Shown in pieces: positions 18,351 to 26,254 of a DNA stretch of 64,000 nt. Both the position numbers and the translations under genes were made by a program. Positions within the stretch are counted from its first letter, which is position 1; each line of letters opens with the position of its first letter. Source of the stretch: Comamonas sp. (GTDB lineage: Bacteria; Pseudomonadota; Gammaproteobacteria; Burkholderiales; Burkholderiaceae_C); contig JAVWTB010000011.1 of assembly GCA_036667955.1 (NCBI GenBank), forward strand, positions 85,045-149,044, read 5' to 3'. The notes beneath the pieces were generated by a model that was not told where the DNA came from, searched no databases, and worked only from the letters and a program-made list of their open reading frames with translations.

Positions 18351-19127
18351 TTACTTGGTGGTGTAGCCGCCGTTGATCAGAATCGTCTGGCCCGTGATCC
18401 ACCAGCCATCGGTCACCAGGTGGCGGATAAAGGGGACGACATCTTCGATATCGGTCAGGCCCGTCTTGCTGAAGCCCGACAAGGCCGCGGCGGTTTTGTG
18501 GTAGGCCACTGCATCGGCGCCTTCTGCGGGGTAGAAGAAGTTGGTGTCCATCGGGCCGGGGCCGACGGCGGTGACCGAGATGCCACGTGCACCGAACTCT
18601 TTGGCCGCTGCGCGGGTGTAGTGCTCCACGGGGGCCTTGGTGCCGGCGTAAGACGAGTAGAAAGGGGTGAACGCGCCCAGCAAGGAGGTGACCAGGGTGA
18701 CGACTTTGCCGTTGTCGTTGAGCTGCAGGCCCGCTTCCTTCAAAAAGAAGAACGCCGCCTTGCTGTTGGCGTTGGACATCTCGTCAAACTCTGCCTCGGA
18801 GATCTCGACCATCGGCTTTTTGAGCACCTTGCCCACGGTGTTGATGGCGATGTCAGGCCGGCCCAGCGCTGCCACGGTGTCGGCGAACAGCTTTTGCACC
18901 GCGCCTGCGCTGCTCAGATTGCCTTGCAAGGCAATCGCCTTGGCACCCAGCTTTTCCACCGCTGCCACGGTGGCCAGCGCTTCATCGCGGCTGGCGGCGC
19001 TGTTGTAGTGGATGGCGACGGCTTTGGCGCCATGGCTGGCCAGGTCACGGGCAATCAGGCCGCCCAGGTTTTTTCCTCCCCCGGCGATCAGAACGACTTT
19101 GTCTTTGACAGTGTGGGCTTTAGGCAT
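18351..19127 (-). CDS. Short-chain dehydrogenase/reductase
   Basis: VVLIAGGGKNLG, INTVG, catalytic YAGTK, PGPMDT, ITGQTILINGG. Confidence 0.95.
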   Translation of the reverse strand: MPKAHTVKDKVVLIAGGGKNLGGLIARDLASHGAKAVAIHYNSAASRDEALATVAAVEKLGAKAIALQGNLSSAGAVQKLFADTVAALGRPDIAINTVGKVLKKPMVEISEAEFDEMSNANSKAAFFFLKEAGLQLNDNGKVVTLVTSLLGAFTPFYSSYAGTKAPVEHYTRAAAKEFGARGISVTAVGPGPMDTNFFYPAEGADAVAYHKTAAALSGFSKTGLTDIEDVVPFIRHLVTDGWWITGQTILINGGYTTK

Positions 19128-19283
19128 GTTGCATCTCCAAAAAAGTGATGTGAATGGTGGGTATCACCATGGAGATTTTTATTGTCTTTTCCAATCAATC
19201 AACATTGCTAAATCGATGGATTTTTTGCTTATTGGCGTGAATGCCATTTATTTTTGAATTTATTTCTTAGCCGGTCTTGGCCG

Positions 19284-19312
19284 ATAGCTGCCCCAATAGC
19301 TGCCCCAATAGC
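19284..19312. repeat. Short tandem repeat (ATAGCTGCCCCA)x2.4
   Basis: Read directly; intergenic. Confidence 0.8.
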
Positions 19313-19381
19313 GGGCAATGGCTGCTGGTATTTTTGCGGCCATCCCTGCCGGCAAGCGCTGCGTTGCCAGGCGGCAGTGCT

Positions 19382-20314
19382 TCAGCCTGGCTGGGCCATG
19401 CTGCGCAGCCAGGCCAGCAGATCGGCCTGCACGCTGCCCGGCGGCATAGGCTGGGGGGACAGCAGGCAGTACTGCGAGCCGTCATCCACAAAGCCCAGTG
19501 GGGCGGCCAGCAATCCATGGGCCAGGTCGTCCTGCACCAGGTGCCAGGGGCCCATGGCCACGCCCAGCCCGGCCACGGCCGCTTGCAAGCTGAAATAGAA
19601 ATGCTCAAAGCTTTGCCCCGCCTGCTTGGACAAGGGCTGGCCCGTGGCCTGGGCCCAGTCCTGCCAAGCAGCGGGCCGCGTGCGCGTGTGCAGCACAGGG
19701 GCATCGGGGCGCAGGGCGCTGCGGCGTTTGCCGCCGCTGAACCAGCGCGCCTGCTGGTCGGGGCGGCAAACCGGGCCAATGCGTTCTGCAAACAGAGGCT
19801 CCACATGGCAGCCCTGGGGCCAGGCAAAGTCATCGCGGCGGATGGCCAAATCGATGCCGCTGGCAAAAGAAAAGGGGCCGCCACCAGCGACCAGATGCAA
19901 CTCCAAGCCCGGGTGCCGCGCCTGGAAATCCGGCCAGCGCGGAATCAGCCAGCGCATCAGCAAGGTGGGCTCGCAGGACAGCACCCAGCGCAGTTGCCGG
20001 CGCGCGCGGGCCCGCAGCTCGCCCACGGCCTGGCGCATCAGATCTAGCCCCTGGCTGACCGCCTGGGCCAGCGAGCGCCCCTCGGCGGTGAGGAAGACGC
20101 GCCGGCTGCGCCGCTCAAACAGTGCCAGGCCCAGCTCGTCCTCCAGCAGGCGCACAGCGCGGCTGACGGCGCCATGGGTCAGGTGCAGCTCGTCGGCGGC
20201 GCGGCTGAAATTCTCCAGCCGCGCGGCGGCCTCGAAGCAGCGCAGTGCCAGCAAGGAGGGCAGGCGGGTGTCAGACAATGGTGAGTCAGACTCACCATGT
20301 TTGTTAAAAATCAT
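19382..20314 (-). CDS. LysR-family regulator (GcvA/AmpR-like)
   Basis: LPSLLALRCFEAAARLENFSRAADELHLTHGAVSRAVRLLE; true start probably about 35 nt downstream of 20314. Confidence 0.95.
   Translation of the reverse strand: MIFNKHGESDSPLSDTRLPSLLALRCFEAAARLENFSRAADELHLTHGAVSRAVRLLEDELGLALFERRSRRVFLTAEGRSLAQAVSQGLDLMRQAVGELRARARRQLRWVLSCEPTLLMRWLIPRWPDFQARHPGLELHLVAGGGPFSFASGIDLAIRRDDFAWPQGCHVEPLFAERIGPVCRPDQQARWFSGGKRRSALRPDAPVLHTRTRPAAWQDWAQATGQPLSKQAGQSFEHFYFSLQAAVAGLGVAMGPWHLVQDDLAHGLLAAPLGFVDDGSQYCLLSPQPMPPGSVQADLLAWLRSMAQPG
20278..20298. promoter_or_regulatory. LysR recognition site ATGGTGAGTC-A-GACTCACCAT
   Basis: Perfect inverted repeat containing T-N11-A (TGAGTCAGACTCA), between divergent lysR and lysE. 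Confidence 0.75.
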
Positions 20315-20379
20315 CGTTTTTCATGGCGCTGCATGGCAGGCATCATGCGGGCTGTTTTTGCTATTGCACAGGATACGCC

Positions 20380-21003
20380 ATGACGGAATTGCTAGCGGTT
20401 ATCACCATCACCTTGCTTGCGGTCATCAGCCCGGGGCCTGACTTTGCGATGGTGACGCGCAACAGCCTGCTGCTGTCGCGGCGCGCCGGGGTACTGACGG
20501 CCCTGGGTATTGGGCTAGGTGTGCTGGTCCATGTCAGCTACACCTTGCTGGGCCTGGGGCTGCTGATCCAGCAGTCGCTGTGGCTGTTCAATGCCATCAA
20601 GCTGGCGGGCGCTGCCTACCTGGTGTACCTGGGGCTGAAGATGCTGCGCGCCCAGCCTGCAGGTGCAGTGGCCGCTGCCGAAGCCGCCGCTGCGCCGCTG
20701 TCGGACGGGGCGGCTTTGCGCACCGGCTTTCTCACCAATGCGCTGAACCCCAAAACCACGGTGTTCATGCTGAGCCTGTTTTTGCAGGTGGTGCAGCCCC
20801 AGACGCCGCTGGCCGTACAGATTGGCTATGGCGCCTTCATATCGCTGGCGCACATCGCCTGGTTCAGCCTGGTGGCGCTGTGCTTTTCGGCAGGCGCCGT
20901 GCGTGGCCGTTTGCTGGCAGCACGCCACTGGATTGACCGCGCCTTTGGCGGCTTGCTGGTGGGCTTTGGCGTGTTGCTGGCGCTGTCACGCGGCACGCGC
21001 TGA
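20380..21003 (+). CDS. LysE/RhtB family translocator
   Basis: ISPGPDFAMV, GAAYLVYLG, GFLTNALNPK. Confidence 0.95.
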   Translation: MTELLAVITITLLAVISPGPDFAMVTRNSLLLSRRAGVLTALGIGLGVLVHVSYTLLGLGLLIQQSLWLFNAIKLAGAAYLVYLGLKMLRAQPAGAVAAAEAAAAPLSDGAALRTGFLTNALNPKTTVFMLSLFLQVVQPQTPLAVQIGYGAFISLAHIAWFSLVALCFSAGAVRGRLLAARHWIDRAFGGLLVGFGVLLALSRGTR

Positions 21004-21031
21004 GAGCGGCCCAGCCACGCTATCAATGCGC

Positions 21032-22618
21032 TTAGCGACGGCGGCGCTGGCGGAGGATGCCGAGGGTGCCCAGCAGCAAGGCCAGCAAGGACAGGCTATA
21101 GGCCCCCGCCGTCGGTACCGGGGTGGGCGTTGGCGGCACGGCAGCGGGTTGTAGCGCGGAGACGCGAACCGTTGCCGTGGTGCATACCGTTTGGTTAGGC
21201 GCTGCCAGGCACACGTTGTACTGGTAGCTCACCGGGCTGGTCAGCCCACCCGCTGGCGGCACAAAGCTACAAATACCCGCTGCACAGCTGACTGAGCCCG
21301 CGGCGGGTGGCGTGGCCAAGCTCAGGCTCGTGGGGTCTACCTCCCCGTTGCTGCCGCTGTCGTTGCCAGCCACGGCCGTTGCGGCGCTGCTGGTGTGGGT
21401 GGCCAAGGTCACTGCATCGTCCACAGCCGTGATCGTGGGAGGGCTGAGTGGGAGTTCGGCCGTGTTGTTGTTGGCGATGGGATCGGTCGGGCTGCCCGGT
21501 GCGGGCAGCGCAGTGACGGTATGGGTGCTGGCCGCCGTGATGCCCGGGCCGGACCAGGACACCGTATACACGGCTGTCTGCCCGGAAGTCAAAGGCTGCG
21601 CAACGGCACTGAGGGGCCCGGTGCCCGATGGGCTGGCGCAGGGTGCACCCGAAGGCTGCAGCGCGCATGACCAGCTGGCCGTAGCGCCGTTGGCTGCCGC
21701 AGGCAAGGGGTCTGACACCAGCGCGGTGGTCGCATCAGGCCCGTTGTTGTAGACACTGAAGGTATAGCTGTAGTTGTTCTGCGCACCGGCGGGCACTGCA
21801 GATACCGCGCTGGCATTCACGACGATTTCCGCCAGCGTTTGGCGGCTCATCGTGAATAAGGTGTCATCCCAGGATGCCTTGTTGTCGCTGTTGGCCGGCG
21901 TACGGTAGAGGTAGAAGCGCAAGGCGTAGGGCGTGCCGGGCTGCAGCGCGATGCCGGGGCCGGGGCCATCCGGTGCGCGGACCACTTGAAAACCATCCCC
22001 AGCCACTGCGCTGACGTCATCCACCTGCTGTATTTGCTCGCCAACCGGATGGCCGCTGGCGTCCACGATATAGGCGGCATAGCCAAAGGCGCGCGGATGC
22101 AGTTTGTCGTTCAGGTTCCAGCGTTTTGCAGTGAAGGCGCCATTGACATAGAACAGCGCAGCCGATGCGGTCGCATCCGCATACTGCATGGTGCCGGTGG
22201 TGAAAGGGAAATCGATGTACTGCCCGGCAAGTAGGGCCGCTGCGGCCGTATTGGTGGCCAGACCAGAGATGATTTGAAAATCCGGAAAAGTAGGATCGGG
22301 ACTGGCGCTCAAGCCTGTGCCAAAGCGCTGTGGGCCGGTGCTGGACAGGAAGGTCGTGTCATGCGTTGGACCGGTAACGGCGGTCGTGCCTGTGCTGTCC
22401 TCGCCCGAGCCCGGATACCAGTCCTGGGTCAGCGTTCCTGGCGGGCGATTGCTCATCCATCCGGCGACCCAGCCGTCATAGCCAAAGCCGCTGGCAGGCG
22501 CAAACACATAGGGCTGTGCCAGGCTGGGGCCGGCGGCCCCTGCGAGCCACAAGGCCGCCATCCCTAGGCGGTATCGACCGACCATCCGAGCACACATCGA
22601 CTTCATGAATCCATCCAT
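21032..22618 (-). CDS. Surface protein with DUF11-like and Ig-like modules and IPTL-CTERM tail
   Basis: Signal peptide; YSYTFSVYNNGPD.....VSDPLP...DPIANNN (DUF11-like); AVDD..T...VAGND module; tail TPTPVPTAGAYSLSLLALLLGTLGILRQRRRR. Confidence 0.82.
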   Translation of the reverse strand: MDGFMKSMCARMVGRYRLGMAALWLAGAAGPSLAQPYVFAPASGFGYDGWVAGWMSNRPPGTLTQDWYPGSGEDSTGTTAVTGPTHDTTFLSSTGPQRFGTGLSASPDPTFPDFQIISGLATNTAAAALLAGQYIDFPFTTGTMQYADATASAALFYVNGAFTAKRWNLNDKLHPRAFGYAAYIVDASGHPVGEQIQQVDDVSAVAGDGFQVVRAPDGPGPGIALQPGTPYALRFYLYRTPANSDNKASWDDTLFTMSRQTLAEIVVNASAVSAVPAGAQNNYSYTFSVYNNGPDATTALVSDPLPAAANGATASWSCALQPSGAPCASPSGTGPLSAVAQPLTSGQTAVYTVSWSGPGITAASTHTVTALPAPGSPTDPIANNNTAELPLSPPTITAVDDAVTLATHTSSAATAVAGNDSGSNGEVDPTSLSLATPPAAGSVSCAAGICSFVPPAGGLTSPVSYQYNVCLAAPNQTVCTTATVRVSALQPAAVPPTPTPVPTAGAYSLSLLALLLGTLGILRQRRRR

Positions 22619-22845
22619 TTCTATGAATCACCCTGGTCGGGTTTTGCTGCGCCAGTGCACAGACCAGGGCCTTGCGCCAACGTCTGCTTGAAGGCGCCGC
22701 TGGGCCGTAGGAACGTTGCTAGTTGTAAGAATAATCAACAAAATGCCTGAATTTTAAAAACCAGCTCCCATTTTTTGTTGACCCGTAGCAGAAATAAAAC
22801 GCGCCGTTTCGCAGGCTGGCAAGCTGCTGTTTGCATGCCTTGTGC

Positions 22846-22877
22846 AAAAGAAACAGGCTCCGCAGCGGCGGAGCCTG
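22846..22877 (-). terminator. Rho-independent terminator downstream of the FHA gene
   Basis: Stem CAGGCTCCGC/GCGGAGCCTG with 4-nt loop, followed by TTTCTTTT on the minus strand. Confidence 0.8.
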
Positions 22878-22918
22878 GTGGCATGCGCAAGCCCAGGGGT
22901 TGGGGCGCGTCGGGGCGG

Positions 22919-23239
22919 TTAAGAGGTGTCTGGCGACGACGCGGCAGAGCCCTTTTGGATGTATATCTCGGTGGGTCCCACCTTGACACGATCGCCGGCA
23001 TACAGCACCTGGCGCTTGACCCTGGCGCCGTTGACAAAGATGCCGTTGGTGCTGTCATGGTCCTCCACCATCAGCACCCCGATGTAGTAGGTGAAGGCAC
23101 CGTGGTCCCGGCTGACGCCCTGGTCCTCCAGCCGCAGACCGCAGCCCAGGCCGCGACCGATCTGTGTGCGACCTTTGCTGAGCTTGAGCTGGCTAGGAGA
23201 CGACGATGTGGCGTAACGAACCTGAATGAGCGCTGGCAC
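22919..23239 (-). CDS. Stand-alone FHA domain protein
   Basis: IGRG, VSRDH, DHDSTNGIFVNG, GDRVKVG: pThr-binding R, S, H and N residues present; GGAGG RBS. Confidence 0.9.
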   Translation of the reverse strand: MPALIQVRYATSSSPSQLKLSKGRTQIGRGLGCGLRLEDQGVSRDHGAFTYYIGVLMVEDHDSTNGIFVNGARVKRQVLYAGDRVKVGPTEIYIQKGSAASSPDTS

Positions 23240-23584
23240 GGGGAACCTCCAATCGTGGAAAGCAAACCCTGGGAAAGGCCCCGGCTGCGTTCTTGAGGAT
23301 ATGGATTCTGTATGAAATTATTGAAATAGATTGTCAGCAATCTCTAACCTGGGGTGGCTGGTGAATCTGCGCACTCGCGCCTGGGCTGGGCGCGTTGGCC
23401 AAGGCGCTGCCATCGCTGCATCCAGGTCTGCGGTATCCGCAGCCTATGTCCGCGCTCAGTTTGCAATTGATTACAAGCAAACCCTGGCCATCTCGGTCTA
23501 CTTCTTGACTTTGCACAGGCAAGTCTTACATTCTTAAGTCATTGACTGAATCGATTAAGAAGACTCAGGTGAAAGGAGTTGGGT

Positions 23585-23758
23585 ATGCAAAACCAGCCAT
23601 CATTTCCGATGCTGACCATGCCAACTCGCCCGCTGGTGGCCCATCGCGGCGAGAAAGCGAAGCGCTATGTGCCTTCGGTCTCCACGGATATCAGCAAGAC
23701 TTTTGAAAAGTACCGCAGGCTGGCAGCGATGCAGCATGCCAAGCACTTGGGGGATTGA
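23585..23758 (+). CDS. Small protein, 57 aa, absent from the ORF track: MQNQPSFPMLTMPTRPLVAHRGEKAKRYVPSVSTDISKTFEKYRRLAAMQHAKHLGD
   Basis: AAAGGAG 6 nt before ATG; translated by hand; YVPSVSTDISKTF resembles a motif I recall from small betaproteobacterial proteins. Confidence 0.7.
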   Translation: MQNQPSFPMLTMPTRPLVAHRGEKAKRYVPSVSTDISKTFEKYRRLAAMQHAKHLGD

Positions 23759-23826
23759 CGGGGTGCCAGGCCGAGCCCTGGTCCCTGGTGGCAGGCGCCT
23801 TGACCCTGCCAGCCTGGGTGCGGGGG

Positions 23827-24696
23827 TCAGTCCTTTTGCAGATGCTTGTACACCGCCTGCGAGACGCGCAGCAGCTCGGCCCGGTCTGCACCTGCTGAGA
23901 TGGCGTAGCCCAGTTGGTTCTCCACCCAATAGAACACGTTGACTGCCCCCTCCTGGCCGAACTTGAATTGCGCATCACCAGTGCCGGGCACCTCGCGGGT
24001 GACGTAGAGGGTCAGGCGCATCCCCGCCCCGGTCTCATACATGAACTGCGCCACCGGCCCGCTGCCGCCCGGCAGCAGGCGGCCACCGATGAGCCGGTAG
24101 CCCAGCGCCGTGAGCGGCGGTGGCTGCACGGTGGTGCCCATGCGCTTGGTCAGCCAGGTGACCAGTGCCTGCTCTTGCTCGGCACCAATCTCCACCGGGC
24201 GCCGCACATCGGGGCTGTAGACCGTATGTGCAATCGCGGCGCGTTGTGCAAAGCCGCTCAAGGCGCTGCCGCTGGCGGGCAGAAGTGGGGGTGGGGCGGA
24301 TGATGGGGTGTGGGCTGCGGGCTGGCCAGCCATCGCGACCTGGATGGCCTTGGCATCGACCGCGCCACGGATTGACCAGGCAGCGCCGGCACTGATAACC
24401 GCCACCAGCAAGCCGGCAGCCAGGCTGCGCCAGGGCATGGCGCTGTGCATAGGGCGCAAGGGCAAGCCCATGGGCAAAGGCTCATCCATCACGGGCGCCA
24501 GCATCTCGCGCAGCCGCGCATTTTGCTGCTGCCAATCCTGCACCCGGGCGCGCTCTTCTGGGTGGTCCTGCAGGTATTGCTCCACCTGGATGTGGCGCGC
24601 GCTGGGCAGTTGCCGGTCCACATAGGCATGCAGATCGGCTTCGGTCACCGGCGGCGTCGGACTCGTGTCCAAGGTTTTGAGGGGGGGCTGGTCCAT
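23827..24696 (-). CDS. Transmembrane anti-sigma factor (PrtR/RsiW-like)
   Basis: EADLHAYVDRQL, single TM, AAIAHTVYSPDVRRPVEI, LIGGRLLP, FYWVENQLGYAISA. Confidence 0.9.
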   Translation of the reverse strand: MDQPPLKTLDTSPTPPVTEADLHAYVDRQLPSARHIQVEQYLQDHPEERARVQDWQQQNARLREMLAPVMDEPLPMGLPLRPMHSAMPWRSLAAGLLVAVISAGAAWSIRGAVDAKAIQVAMAGQPAAHTPSSAPPPLLPASGSALSGFAQRAAIAHTVYSPDVRRPVEIGAEQEQALVTWLTKRMGTTVQPPPLTALGYRLIGGRLLPGGSGPVAQFMYETGAGMRLTLYVTREVPGTGDAQFKFGQEGAVNVFYWVENQLGYAISAGADRAELLRVSQAVYKHLQKD

Positions 24697-24698
24697 GC

Positions 24699-25241
24699 TT
24701 ACTTCACCCGTTGAATTCTTTGCGCTGCACTGCTGACTTTGTCCTGCGCCTTGCCCTGACCAGCGCCGGCCATCTCATCGCGCAGTCTGGCGCGCGCACG
24801 CGAGAGCCGCGACATCACCGTGCCCAGCGGCACACCGGTGATCTGCGCCACCTCTTGGTAGCTCAGCGCTTCGACGCTGACGAGCAGCAACACCTCGCGT
24901 TGCTCAGGCGGCAGGCGCTGCAGCAGGCGGTCCAGGTCACGCACTTCCAGCGCATCGGTCTGCTGGGCGCGTTGGGGTAGCTCTGGCAAGTCATCGCCCG
25001 CGCTGTCTTCGGGCCGGCTGCGCTGGGCGCGCAGGCGGTCGATGAAATGGTTGTGCATGATGCCAAACATCCAGGCCCGCAGCTCATTGCGCTTTTGCCA
25101 CATGGAAAAGCGCGACCAGGCGCGCTCCAAAGTGTCCTGCACCAGGTCATCGGCCCGGTCGGGGTCGGAGACCAGCCCGCGCGCATAGCGCCGCAGGCTG
25201 GGGATGCAGGCCACAATCTCGGCTTCGTCCTGTGCGCGCAT
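24699..25241 (-). CDS. ECF sigma-70 factor (PrtI-like)
   Basis: ADDLVQDTLERAW, RAWMFGIMHN, LSYQEVAQITGVPLGTVMSRLSRAR. Confidence 0.95.
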   Translation of the reverse strand: MRAQDEAEIVACIPSLRRYARGLVSDPDRADDLVQDTLERAWSRFSMWQKRNELRAWMFGIMHNHFIDRLRAQRSRPEDSAGDDLPELPQRAQQTDALEVRDLDRLLQRLPPEQREVLLLVSVEALSYQEVAQITGVPLGTVMSRLSRARARLRDEMAGAGQGKAQDKVSSAAQRIQRVK

Positions 25242-25298
25242 GGGGTGGCAGCTGGCGTTAAAGGGGCAGTGAATGAGAGGATCAGCAGCGGCCAGCGT

Positions 25299-25673
25299 TT
25301 ACTTGATGACGTGCCAGACGTCCTTGAAGTTGTCGCCCGTGGCGTCGCCGGCCTTCTTGTCCGCAGTATAGGTATAGAGCGGCTTGCCCTGGTAGGCCCA
25401 CTGCTTGCTGCCGTCGTCACGGGTAACGATGCTGTAGTCGCCTTCGGGCTTGGCATCGGCGGGTGCCGAGACCGCTGGCCACAGCGCAATGCAGGGGCCA
25501 TTGCACATGCTTTTTTGGCTGCCCGCTACATCCTTGTCGAAGGTGTAGAGCGTCATGCCGCTGGCATTGACCAGCATGCCATTGGCCATCTTGGCCACAG
25601 GCTCAGCCTGGGCCAAAGGGGCCAGCAGGGCGGCCAGTGACAGGGCGATCAGGGAGGCGTAAGGGGTTTTCAT
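25299..25673 (-). CDS. Secreted repeat protein with Yx(FWY)xxD motifs (COG4315-like)
   Basis: Signal peptide; GMTLYTFDKD, CIALWP, QWAYQGKPLYTYTADKKAGDATGD. Confidence 0.9.
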   Translation of the reverse strand: MKTPYASLIALSLAALLAPLAQAEPVAKMANGMLVNASGMTLYTFDKDVAGSQKSMCNGPCIALWPAVSAPADAKPEGDYSIVTRDDGSKQWAYQGKPLYTYTADKKAGDATGDNFKDVWHVIK

Positions 25674-25712
25674 GGCGACCATCTTTCAGGGTTGGGTGGA
25701 GGAACACCTCTG

Positions 25713-25741
25713 TAGACGGATGGCAGGGCTGGATTATTCCC
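25713..25741 (-). promoter_or_regulatory. Candidate ECF-dependent promoter GGAAT-N17-CGTC(TA)
   Basis: Minus strand GGGAATAATCCAGCCCTGCCATCCGTCTA, about 40 nt upstream of the lipoprotein-sigma-anti-sigma operon. Confidence 0.6.
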
Positions 25742-25844
25742 GCTCTGCTGGACATTTCTTCGCTGGCGATTGTTTACCAGGGCCTGTGTTGCACATGCAG
25801 GGCTTTCAACGATGCGAATTCAACACAGCAATCTTTCTTAAATA

Positions 25845-25860
25845 CTGTATATTTATACAG
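25845..25860. promoter_or_regulatory. LexA (SOS) box CTGTATATTTATACAG
   Basis: Matches CTGT-N8-ACAG with an AT-rich spacer, in context TACTGTATATTTATACAGTT. Confidence 0.85.
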
Positions 25861-25929
25861 TTTTAAAGAATCCACCAGCCCCTGCCCAGGCAGGCGGTGC
25901 TGGCTGCCTATAAGAAAAGAGGAGTGTGC

Positions 25930-26133
25930 ATGATTGAAGTGGCCCATGACAACCTGAGCGACGCCGGTGACTGGGGAGCGGGCGCAGGGGGTGCGGCAGT
26001 GCCGCAGCTGGCTGCTGCCTCGGTGTTTCGGCAGCTGGCACACAAGCACGGCTTGCTGGCGCCGGGTGAAGAGGCCAGCCCGCAGATGCAGGCGTTTCTG
26101 GCCGAGCTGGCCTTGCTGACCGATCTTTTCTGA
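25930..26133 (+). CDS. Small hypothetical protein (67 aa), probably SOS-regulated
   Basis: AGAGGAG RBS before ATG 25930; GC-typical codon usage; 70 nt downstream of the SOS box. Confidence 0.7.
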   Translation: MIEVAHDNLSDAGDWGAGAGGAAVPQLAAASVFRQLAHKHGLLAPGEEASPQMQAFLAELALLTDLF

Positions 26134-26216
26134 AGCGAGGCATGGCATTTTTCTGGACTGATCCCTGCTTTCAGGGCACGCCTCTGCCCTAGGCCAAACC
26201 CGGATTTCTCCAAAAT

Positions 26217-26236
26217 TACATTACACGCATAATGTA
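26217..26236. promoter_or_regulatory. Probable TetR operator TACATTA-N6-TAATGTA
   Basis: Perfect inverted repeat just upstream of the RBS of the TetR gene. Confidence 0.7.
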
Positions 26237-26254
26237 TTTCAGGAGACCCCTGTT

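Noticed and set aside
23255-23290. GCAAACC...GAAAGG resembling a c-di-GMP-I riboswitch
   Set aside because: The GACGCAAA element and second stem are missing, and it is on the wrong strand for the FHA gene
23331-23537. 68-aa ORF in the FHA upstream region
   Set aside because: TTG start, no RBS, no recognisable motif; overlaps probable regulatory DNA
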